DNA of 64,000 nucleotides from positions 1 through 64,000 of the forward strand of contig CAWBOS010000015.1 in NCBI GenBank assembly GCA_963790475.1. Direction: 5' to 3'. The first letter of the stretch is position 1, and each line of letters opens with the position of its first letter. Under the pieces are notes generated by a model. The model was given only the letters and a program-made list of their open reading frames with translations. It was not told where the DNA came from and made no database searches. The stretch is from an uncultured delta proteobacterium (lineage in GTDB: Bacteria; Desulfobacterota; RBG-13-43-22). Of this stretch, positions 32,186 to 40,736 are shown in pieces. Both the position numbers and the translations under genes were made by a program.

Positions 32186-32530
32186 ATGTTAATTAAGCCA
32201 AATTCCTTTTTCCGTTTTCGGCTGTTGTCCTTCGTCCTGCTTTTGATCTTCGTAATCTCCTGTGGATCAAAAGACAAGGTCGCCGGGGTCTACAAGGCAG
32301 AGGGAAAAGACTCGCCTAAACAGGTCGAAACCCTGGTCGAGCTCAAACCCAATGGGGACGGGGCCTGGAAGATAGGCGACGAAGAAGTCCCCTTCTCCTG
32401 GTATATCAAGGGCGGTGAGCTTAGAATCAACACCAAAGGGGGCGGGGTCATCGTCGGCAGCATTGAAGGGGATACCATTCAGATGACCATCCCGGGCACC
32501 AAGAAAATGGCCTTTAAGAAAATCCAGTAA
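32186..32530 (+). CDS. Hypothetical lipoprotein (lipocalin-like beta domain)
   Basis: Hydrophobic leader + VISC lipobox. Confidence 0.7.
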   Translation: MLIKPNSFFRFRLLSFVLLLIFVISCGSKDKVAGVYKAEGKDSPKQVETLVELKPNGDGAWKIGDEEVPFSWYIKGGELRINTKGGGVIVGSIEGDTIQMTIPGTKKMAFKKIQ

Positions 32531-32870
32531 TTACTCCGGGCTTATCGGATTCACCGCATTTTTTTACTGATGACCTGGAGGGCCGCATCCAAAGAGAGGG
32601 GAGCGAGTGCGGATCACTGATCAACCCATCGATGTCGATGACCCGGCACCACCTTTTCTCGAAACGTTTTGGTAGAAACCTGAAAGGCAACCTAAACTCA
32701 CAGGATGAAATCAAGATAAAAGTACTGATGGCGGAGCATGTGAAATTAACAATGAGTGAGGCTTCGCCTATTTCTGATAAAGGGGAAAAGAAACCAAGAA
32801 TTTCTCTCTGATACAAAATCCATTATAGGGGTGGCCGCCAAACCCTGTCATTAGGGGGGGGACATCTACC

Positions 32871-35800
32871 ATGAACTGTCCGAAATGCAGGAGCGAGAAT
32901 TCTGAAGGGACAAAGTTCTGCCGCGAATGCGGCGCCCGGTTGGAAAGGGTTTGTCCCCAGTGCCACGCCGCCAGTCCTCCCCACTTCAAATTCTGCCGAG
33001 AGTGCGGGCATCCCTTGTCCGCATCTTCGGAACCACCTATCCCAAAATCCCTTTCGGAAAAACAGCCGACCCCCTCCCCTCCCCCCCAAGAGCTAACCGA
33101 GAAAATCTTGGCCCAGAGGGGGCGGATCGAGGGCGAGCGCCGTCAGGTGACGGTGATGTTCTGCGATCTGGTGGGTTCTACCGCCCAGACCGAAAAGCTG
33201 GGAGACGAGAAAGCCTTTGCCCTCATCGATGAGCTCTTCGGCATCCTGACACAGCAGGTCCACAGATATGAGGGGACGGTCCAGGAGTTTCGGGGAGATG
33301 GCATTATGGCCCTTTTCGGGGCCCCCCTTGCTCTGGAAAACACTGCCCAGCGGGCCGTTAGCACCTCTCTGGCCATCCACCAGGAGGTAAACCGGTTCAA
33401 CAACCGGTCCCTTGAGGGATCCCGAAGCCCGGCCATCCGCATGCGGATCGGAATCCATACCGGTCCGGTCATTCTGGGCAGCATCGGCAGCGATCTGCGT
33501 CTGGAGTTCCAGGTCATCGGTGATACGGTAAACCTGGCCGCCCGGATGGAAGCGCTTGCAGAACCGGGAACCACCTATCTGACTAAAGAGACCTACCGAC
33601 TGGCTAAGGGCCTGTTTCATTTCCAGCCCGTGGGGGAAAAAGTAGTTAAAGGTAAGGAAAACCCGATTTCCGTCTACAAGGTTCTTTCCGCCAAAGAAGA
33701 CGTGTACCGCCCTCGTTTGGGTTCTGAGCGGCAGATTTACTCCCGGATAGTCGGAAGGGACAGCGAGCTGAATAAGCTCGAGCTTCAGGTGATGAAAGCG
33801 GTCAACGATCAGGGATCAGTCGTTAATATTATCGGCGAAGCTGGTATTGGAAAATCGCGGCTCCTGGCAGAGTTGAAAAATCGGGAGGTAATGAAAAGGG
33901 TAACCCTCATGGAGGGAAGGGCGATTTCCATAGGCAAAAATCTGAGCTTTCACCCGATTACTGATCTTTTGAAACAATGGGCGGGCATCAGGAGTGACGA
34001 TGGCGAGGCCAAGACTTTTGACAAACTCCAGGCTGCCATAAAAAGGGTCTTTCGCGAAGAGTATAGTGAGGTGCTTCCTTTTGTGGCCATCCTGATGGGG
34101 ATGAAGCTGCCCGGAATCCATGCCCAGAGGGCAGAAGGGATAGAGGGCGAAGCCCTGAATAATCTGATTCTAAAAAGTGTAAGGGATCTGTTGGTCAAGG
34201 CGACGGAACTGACTCCTCTGGTGATGGTGATCGATGACTTGCATTGGGCTGACACCAGTTCCATCGAGCTCATGGAATCCCTTTTTCGCCTGGCAGAGAC
34301 ACACAAGATTCTTTTCATCAATCTTTTTCGGCCCGGCTACCAGGAAACCGGAGACCGCTTAGTTGAATCCCTCAAAGACCGCCAGGTGAACTACTATGTC
34401 GAAATAGTGCTGGAGCCCCTGCCGGAAAAAATGAGTGAAGCCCTCATCGGCAACATGTTGAACTTCAAAGAGCTTCAACATGCCTGGGTCACCGGCATCG
34501 TAGAGAGAACTGGAGGCAATCCCTTCTTTATTGAAGAAGTCGTTCGCTCCCTGATCGATGAACAAGCGCTTTTGCCGAAGGGAGGCGCATTTCATTTGAC
34601 CGATAAAGCGGCAACCATCTCTATTCCCAACACTATTGAAGAGTTACTGATGACCCGGATCGACCGGTTGGAGGAGCAGACCCGTGACCTGGTGAAGGAC
34701 GCATCGGTAATCGGAAGGTCTTTCTTCTATCGCATCCTGGCCAAGGTGGCCTCCGAAATCGAAAATATCGATGCCCGGCTCACCTATCTGCAGGAAATTC
34801 AGCTCCTCCGGGAACGATTGAGAATGGGCGAGTTAGAGTACCTCTTCAAGCATGCCCTGGCCCAGGAGGTGGCTTACGAATCCATTCTGCCCCTGAAAAG
34901 AAAGGAGCTTCATCTAGCGGTAGCCCAAGCCATAGAAAAGGTCTTTGAGGAAAGACTCCATGAATTCTACGGGATGCTCGCCTATCATTATTGCCAGGCC
35001 GAAAGTCTGGAGGAGGCCGAGGAGTGCCTGATCAAGGCTGGGGAGGAGGCCCTGAGATCAGCCGCCTCAGATGAGGCCCTGCATTATTATGAGGAAGCCC
35101 TCCAGCTCTATCTGAAAAAGTCCGGCAAAGACGCCCATCCCGAAAAGCTGGCCATGTTGGAGAAGAATATTGCCCTGGCTCTGTATAACCGGGGGCAGCA
35201 TCAAGAGGCCGTTAATCATTTTGAAAAGGCCCTGGATTATTACTGGCGGAAATTACCGAAAAGTGCGGTTTTTGTGACAGTCAAACTCTTTTCGGCGTTA
35301 AGTCACTTCTTCTTAGCCTTGTACCTGCCAACCATGAAGTTCAAGAAGACACCGTCAGAGCGGGATATCGAAATCGTCGATCTATTTTTTAAGAAGATCA
35401 ATTCGATCTCATTAACCGATGCTAAGAGATCTTTCATTGAGTATTTCCACTTGTTCAGGTTTATCAGTCTCTTCAACCTTCGTAAATTCAGAGATGGTTA
35501 TGGAATCTTCTCCATGTCCAGTGCTTTGTTTGCCTACTCCGGAATTTCATTTGCTTTGAGCAGAAAAGTCTTAGATTCCATTAGAAACAAAGTCGACAAA
35601 AACGACCCTATAAACCAGATAATGTTTGGGATTTGTGAAACAGTGTATCTTTTTTTGGGAGGGGACTGGAAAAATTTAAAGGACTATGATGGTGAACTGG
35701 TAGAACAGAATTGCAGGATTGGGGAAATTTATAATGTTTCACAATACTTGTTCTGGAATGGGCTTGGTGCGATCTGCCGAGGTTATTTCGACAAAGCCGA

Positions 35801-36551
35801 GGAGATTGCGAATAGATTGCATGATCTCTACGAAGTCTATGGGAATGTACTTTCCGAAATTTTTAGATACGAAGTCAGTACCATGCTGCTGATCGAGTCC
35901 GGTAAACTTGATGAGGCAAAAGTTGAATCCGAAAAGGGAGTTGCCTTCGGGCAAAAAACAAATTCAATTTATTGGTGGGAATTGCATTTATGCCAAGCCT
36001 ATATACACATCTCGAGGGGTACAATCGAAAAGGCACAGGAATACCTTGAGCAGGCCGACAGAATTAGGGTTCAAACAGAAACAGCCCCATTGCAATTGTC
36101 ATGGCATTATCAAATTCAATTGGAATTTGACCTTTACCACTTAAGGGAATCAACTAAGAGCGGAAATCGAACAGAAATTGATAAATTCCGAAGAGCAACC
36201 CTCAAGTCTATCAGGGCACTCGAAAAGGTTGCACGAAAAGTAGCCTATCATCGAACCGATTCATACAGGCTTACCGGAGCCTATTACTGGATGATCCATA
36301 AACACGAAAAGGCTCTCGGATGGTGGCAGAAAGGGGTTCAGGAAGGGCAGCGCCTGGGAGCGCGCCCTCAACTGGCCCGGCTGTACTTCGAGGTAGGCAA
36401 GTGCCTGATCGAGGAAAAGGGTAAATATTCAAAACTGGCTGGCCTCGAGGGAAAGGAATATCTGGAAAAGGCCAGGGCATTGTTTGAAGAAATGAAAATA
36501 GAATCCTACCTGGAAGAAATAGATCGAGTTGTCGAGATGAGGAGCCTTTGA
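32871..36551 (+). CDS. Class III adenylate/guanylate cyclase with double zinc ribbon, STAND-type AAA ATPase and TPR repeats
   Basis: CPKC/CREC/CPQC/CREC; FCDLVGST, GDGIMALFG, GDTVNLAARME; GEAGIGKSRL, IDDLHWAD, GGNPFF, FKHAL; helical C-terminus. Confidence 0.92.
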   Translation: MNCPKCRSENSEGTKFCRECGARLERVCPQCHAASPPHFKFCRECGHPLSASSEPPIPKSLSEKQPTPSPPPQELTEKILAQRGRIEGERRQVTVMFCDLVGSTAQTEKLGDEKAFALIDELFGILTQQVHRYEGTVQEFRGDGIMALFGAPLALENTAQRAVSTSLAIHQEVNRFNNRSLEGSRSPAIRMRIGIHTGPVILGSIGSDLRLEFQVIGDTVNLAARMEALAEPGTTYLTKETYRLAKGLFHFQPVGEKVVKGKENPISVYKVLSAKEDVYRPRLGSERQIYSRIVGRDSELNKLELQVMKAVNDQGSVVNIIGEAGIGKSRLLAELKNREVMKRVTLMEGRAISIGKNLSFHPITDLLKQWAGIRSDDGEAKTFDKLQAAIKRVFREEYSEVLPFVAILMGMKLPGIHAQRAEGIEGEALNNLILKSVRDLLVKATELTPLVMVIDDLHWADTSSIELMESLFRLAETHKILFINLFRPGYQETGDRLVESLKDRQVNYYVEIVLEPLPEKMSEALIGNMLNFKELQHAWVTGIVERTGGNPFFIEEVVRSLIDEQALLPKGGAFHLTDKAATISIPNTIEELLMTRIDRLEEQTRDLVKDASVIGRSFFYRILAKVASEIENIDARLTYLQEIQLLRERLRMGELEYLFKHALAQEVAYESILPLKRKELHLAVAQAIEKVFEERLHEFYGMLAYHYCQAESLEEAEECLIKAGEEALRSAASDEALHYYEEALQLYLKKSGKDAHPEKLAMLEKNIALALYNRGQHQEAVNHFEKALDYYWRKLPKSAVFVTVKLFSALSHFFLALYLPTMKFKKTPSERDIEIVDLFFKKINSISLTDAKRSFIEYFHLFRFISLFNLRKFRDGYGIFSMSSALFAYSGISFALSRKVLDSIRNKVDKNDPINQIMFGICETVYLFLGGDWKNLKDYDGELVEQNCRIGEIYNVSQYLFWNGLGAICRGYFDKAEEIANRLHDLYEVYGNVLSEIFRYEVSTMLLIESGKLDEAKVESEKGVAFGQKTNSIYWWELHLCQAYIHISRGTIEKAQEYLEQADRIRVQTETAPLQLSWHYQIQLEFDLYHLRESTKSGNRTEIDKFRRATLKSIRALEKVARKVAYHRTDSYRLTGAYYWMIHKHEKALGWWQKGVQEGQRLGARPQLARLYFEVGKCLIEEKGKYSKLAGLEGKEYLEKARALFEEMKIESYLEEIDRVVEMRSL

Positions 36552-37543
36552 TGGAACGCAGGATCGCTGATTTACGGTCATTCTGCTCCCGGGTCGATTT
36601 TGGCCCTGTAGACCTCTCCCGAGAAGAAGAAGAATTCCGTGGGGAGCTGAACCGGGAAATGCTCTCGTTCTGTCAATGCCTGCCGAAATCTATGCGAACG
36701 AAGGCAGCCCTGTTCTTGATGGAATACCTGCACGCCTCCTTTAGGGAGGGCCTTAATTTTGTCAACTACTTCTACGCCCCGGCCTGGTCGATCCTTTTTT
36801 GGCTTCATCGATCCTGTCCTAATAACAGGAAACTGACCCCAAAATATTTAAAAGATGCAAATACCGGCCATACCATGGCCATGTTCCTTCATGCCTTCGA
36901 CGACCATCTTACTGATGGTCAATTGCCTGTTTCAAACCTAGCTCTGCTAATGAGAAGCCACGCCTGGATGATCATGAACCAGGCCTTTGAAAGATTAGCC
37001 AAGGGAGTTGGGAATGGAGAATCAATTGTAATCGATTTTATCAACGATTACTATTCCAGTATCGATTCATCTGACCAAAAGGGATCCCTCGACAGCTACT
37101 GCAAGTTTTTCAGAAAACAGATGGCGACATGGTTGATTGCTCCTGTACTTATCGCAAAAAAGATCAATTCCAATGAAGAGTTTGTCCGCTCTATTGAGAC
37201 AGCCTATTCCTCTTTCGGCATTGCCTATAGGCTTCTCGATGATCTACAGGATATTGAAAAAGACATGATAAAAGGAGTCCATTCTTCCCCATATACTTGT
37301 CTTCCCGCCAAGATGAGGAAAGTTTGGAACCACGTAAAGGAAGAAAAAGCGGATGGAAATGGCGACTATGCCAGGCAGATTCTGAACTACATCCAGAAAA
37401 ATGGGATAATCGATAGAATAAGGAAAAGGATATGCGATGAGCTGGAAACAGCCACATCCAGGGCGGATTCTTGCAAGATGTCAGGCTTCGCTGATGAGCT
37501 TCGTTGTCTTTTGAGACCATTGAAGAATGGGGAGAATCACTGA
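36551..37543 (+). CDS. Class 1 isoprenoid-synthase-fold protein (polyprenyl/prenyltransferase-like)
   Basis: Two Asp-rich motifs HAFDDHLTD and GIAYRLLDDLQD, all-helical; TGATG coupling to the cyclase. Confidence 0.75.
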   Translation: MERRIADLRSFCSRVDFGPVDLSREEEEFRGELNREMLSFCQCLPKSMRTKAALFLMEYLHASFREGLNFVNYFYAPAWSILFWLHRSCPNNRKLTPKYLKDANTGHTMAMFLHAFDDHLTDGQLPVSNLALLMRSHAWMIMNQAFERLAKGVGNGESIVIDFINDYYSSIDSSDQKGSLDSYCKFFRKQMATWLIAPVLIAKKINSNEEFVRSIETAYSSFGIAYRLLDDLQDIEKDMIKGVHSSPYTCLPAKMRKVWNHVKEEKADGNGDYARQILNYIQKNGIIDRIRKRICDELETATSRADSCKMSGFADELRCLLRPLKNGENH

Positions 37544-38706
37544 TGAAAGGGACCACTTCAGATGAAATCTGTCGAGGAGTGGAGCAAGAAAAACTCTCTA
37601 TCGAAGTGACCACGCGATGCAACGGCTCCTGCCTGCATTGTTTTGCCCGCTCCAATAACTCCAGAAGCTCTACCCTCCCTGTCGATTTGGTCAAAGAGAT
37701 CATAGTCGAGGGATATGATGCCGGATACCGTCACCTCCATATTACAGGGGGTGAGCCCCTGCTTTGGGAAGGCTTGTTCGAGACCCTGGACTATGGCCTT
37801 GGTATCGGATTCGAAACAATCTTCATGAATACCAATGGAACACTCATAACGGAAGAGATCAGCAAGAGACTCGCCGACTACAGCACCTTTTTTTCGATGT
37901 CGATCAGCCTGGATGGGCCCGAAGCCTTGCATGACCGCATACGAGGAAAGGGATCGCACCAAAAAACGATGCTGGGCATTGAGAGGGCTCTCAATAGGGG
38001 AATTGATCTTACCATCTTCACAACGGTTACAAAAAGGCTATTACCCGAGTTGCCGCTATTCGTCGGTGACCTGTTCAAGCGATTTCCCAATATTGACTAT
38101 TTGATTCTCATCCAGCTTATCAAAACGACGAATGTCCCCTTTGCCCTGTCGGAAGAACTTCTTAACCCGGAAGACTTCGTGCGACTGGTGCGAATGGTTG
38201 CCCTTCTGGATGTCGGCGGTTTCCGCGCCATTGTGAAGAAGAACCCTTTGGCCAACGTGGTTTCCAAGATGCTGGAGATGCCTTGGATCCCTCGGGTCCC
38301 TCCCCTTTACCGCGAGGGATGCCTGATTGTCCTGGCCAACAGGCATGTCAGTGTGGTGCACTCCAACAGAAATAGCCTCGGCCGATACACGTCCGGTATG
38401 ATTCGAAAAGTCCTGGACTCCGATGAATATCGCAAAACCGTTGCGCCGGATAATACGACCTGTCCATGGTGCAGTTATGTCCAAATATGTGAAGAAAATG
38501 GAATGATTCGGCCCCCCCATGGGTACGGAGACATTTACGGCGATTCGCCTTTTTGCCGCCGGGTATTGGATAGTCTTGCACAGGATCAACCGATTTTCGG
38601 GGCTAACTTAGGCGGACGCGTACCCTTATCAGCTGATAAGGCGTATACCAAGAAGAGCCGGAACCGGTCACTGACTAAAACGCTAAAAGAAAGGAGGGAT
38701 ATATAA
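37543..38706 (+). CDS. Radical SAM protein with C-terminal Cys cluster
   Basis: CNGSCLHC, TGGEPLL, TNGTLI, ISLDG..HDRIRG; CPWC..IC...FC; TGATG coupling. Confidence 0.9.
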   Translation: MKGTTSDEICRGVEQEKLSIEVTTRCNGSCLHCFARSNNSRSSTLPVDLVKEIIVEGYDAGYRHLHITGGEPLLWEGLFETLDYGLGIGFETIFMNTNGTLITEEISKRLADYSTFFSMSISLDGPEALHDRIRGKGSHQKTMLGIERALNRGIDLTIFTTVTKRLLPELPLFVGDLFKRFPNIDYLILIQLIKTTNVPFALSEELLNPEDFVRLVRMVALLDVGGFRAIVKKNPLANVVSKMLEMPWIPRVPPLYREGCLIVLANRHVSVVHSNRNSLGRYTSGMIRKVLDSDEYRKTVAPDNTTCPWCSYVQICEENGMIRPPHGYGDIYGDSPFCRRVLDSLAQDQPIFGANLGGRVPLSADKAYTKKSRNRSLTKTLKERRDI

Positions 38707-38865
38707 AGCCAAGAATAGAGAACAAAACTCTCAACGGTTTTGGCGAAGAGCAAGAGGGCTTTCAGATCGAAAAGAACCCGGTATGAAAAATGGCTCTACG
38801 AGGATCTTCGGCAGGAGACAACCTCATGATTTCAAACATTCAACACAAAAGATAAGGAGGAAAAG

Positions 38866-39108
38866 ATGACAACCAATAGAAAAAGAAGTGATTTCATTAA
38901 CTTCATCATGGATGCTGAAAAAAACCAAAAAATGCTAGACGAGTTTCTGAAAATAAAAGAGGCTAAAAAACTTTACAATTTCTTCAAAAGAAATAACTAC
39001 ATAGACATACCTTTCAATGATTGCCAAGATATACTGAAGGCTATGAGATCTTGGATTGGAGGGGGAGGGAGGGGACCTATCTGTCCCCCTGGAGCAAAGA
39101 TTTACTAA
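38866..39108 (+). CDS. Putative RiPP precursor peptide (Nif11-like helical leader, Gly/Pro/Cys/Trp/Tyr core)
   Basis: AAGGAGG RBS; 80 aa between two radical SAM genes; DFINFIMDAEKNQKMLDEF leader; core ...SWIGGGGRGPICPPGAKIY. Confidence 0.65.
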   Translation: MTTNRKRSDFINFIMDAEKNQKMLDEFLKIKEAKKLYNFFKRNNYIDIPFNDCQDILKAMRSWIGGGGRGPICPPGAKIY

Positions 39109-39364
39109 TATGAGAACAATGTGTAACTAAGACTCTGGGGCGTGAATATCTGTTCGCTTATCCAAGCTGCCTTGAGCTCGAATTTCGATCAATTGTCTGA
39201 ATTTGGATGAGTTAAAGAGCGGGAGTGAGAAACGAAGGGCGCTATTCGTTTGCCTGGCAGTGGTTGCTTGCAATGACTCGTAGTAATGTGGTCTGTCGGT
39301 GGGGTTCCTCAAACCCCACCGACTCACTTTGTAAATCGATTCGACCTAGAAGAAGAGGCTATTT

Positions 39365-40726
39365 GTGATTAAAATCCTCAAGTCAGATTTCAATTCTGTT
39401 GCATTCAGCACGGAATCATTGACCTTGTACCCGTTGCCGGCTCGGATTGGTGAATCTCTTATGGATAACGAGGAGTATACTTCAGAACATTTACCGGAGA
39501 CATTTAAGGATGATTACATCAATGACAATCCGGTGAAAATCAATCGGCTCCTATTATTAGTGGCACAAACCTGTAATATCAAATGCTCTTATTGTATTGC
39601 CGAAGCTTACATGGGACCATATTCTGTAGATCAAATTATGAGCCCGACTACCGCCTGTGTCGCGATTGAGAAAGTGTTCAAAAGCGCACCGGATGTTTCG
39701 GAGGTTATTTTTTTTGGAGGAGAGCCTTTGATGGGTTTTGCTACCATCAGGAAAGCGGTACAAGCCAGCGAAGAATACTGTGGGGCGCATCAAATTCGGA
39801 AGCCCTCTTTTTCTATCACCACCAATGGAACATTGATAAACCAAGAAATGATCGAATTTTTTAAGGAACATAATTTCTCGGTGACTATTAGTTTGGATGG
39901 CCCTCCGCACATTAATGATAAGCAACGCCGGTTTCCGTCAGGAAAAGGCACTTATGACTTGGTCAAGAAGAAAATTGATCTGCTTTGCAGTTCGGGCTTA
40001 GAGTTCGGAATAGAAGCCGTATTCACGGACCGCCATAGGGAATATAAAGAGACCATTGAATCGATCTACAAGTTTCTTCTTAGATTGGGTGCCCGGGAAA
40101 TTAGCCTGACCCCTCCTATAGGGGGATCACCGGACGAATGGATTAATCGGGATTTGTTGACCGATTTGGAACAAAGCTATGTTTCTTCGACCGAGAAGAT
40201 TATGGAAAGTTGGTTGAGCGACTCTCCGATTAGAATGCCTTATTGGATCGACATGTTAAAAACGCTCGTATCCCGGGAGGGCAAAACCCATTTCTGCGAT
40301 GCCGGTTACGGGGGGATTGCAGTGGACTGCACCGGGAGAGTATTTCCCTGCCACGCCGTTATGGGCAACAGCCTTTATATGGGAAGCGTCTACGACAAAG
40401 AGTTCCCCGGCGAGGACTTCAGAAGGGTAGCGCTGCGGATGCGCCAGACTTCAAAGGACAGCTTTCCCAAGTGTCGCGGATGTTGGGCCAAGAATCTGTG
40501 CTCTCCATGCTACGGTGATACTTTTGTTAAATCCGGAACTCTAAGTGCACCCCGAGAAAGTATATGTATAATAATTCGCTCGGTTGCCAAAGCTATATTG
40601 CTTAAGGTGGCGGAATTCATGTCTGATGAAGAGAAATGGAAAAGGTTCACTGAGGTTTTTAATCTTTCACAGTTTTATTTCGATATGGACCACAAAGATT
40701 TCAATACAGCCCATCATTCAAAATAG
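39365..40726 (+). CDS. Radical SAM/SPASM peptide maturase (anSME/CteB-like)
   Basis: CNIKCSYC, FFGGEPL, TTNGTL, SLDGP; SPASM CDAG...GRVFPC...CRGC...CSPC...C. Confidence 0.9.
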   Translation: MIKILKSDFNSVAFSTESLTLYPLPARIGESLMDNEEYTSEHLPETFKDDYINDNPVKINRLLLLVAQTCNIKCSYCIAEAYMGPYSVDQIMSPTTACVAIEKVFKSAPDVSEVIFFGGEPLMGFATIRKAVQASEEYCGAHQIRKPSFSITTNGTLINQEMIEFFKEHNFSVTISLDGPPHINDKQRRFPSGKGTYDLVKKKIDLLCSSGLEFGIEAVFTDRHREYKETIESIYKFLLRLGAREISLTPPIGGSPDEWINRDLLTDLEQSYVSSTEKIMESWLSDSPIRMPYWIDMLKTLVSREGKTHFCDAGYGGIAVDCTGRVFPCHAVMGNSLYMGSVYDKEFPGEDFRRVALRMRQTSKDSFPKCRGCWAKNLCSPCYGDTFVKSGTLSAPRESICIIIRSVAKAILLKVAEFMSDEEKWKRFTEVFNLSQFYFDMDHKDFNTAHHSK

Positions 40727-40736
40727 GAGATCAATC

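Noticed and set aside
38691-38785. Possible second small peptide (IKPRIENKTLNGFGEEQEGFQIEKNPV) behind an AAGGAGG at the end of the first rSAM gene
   Set aside because: No canonical start codon and no similarity to the main precursor
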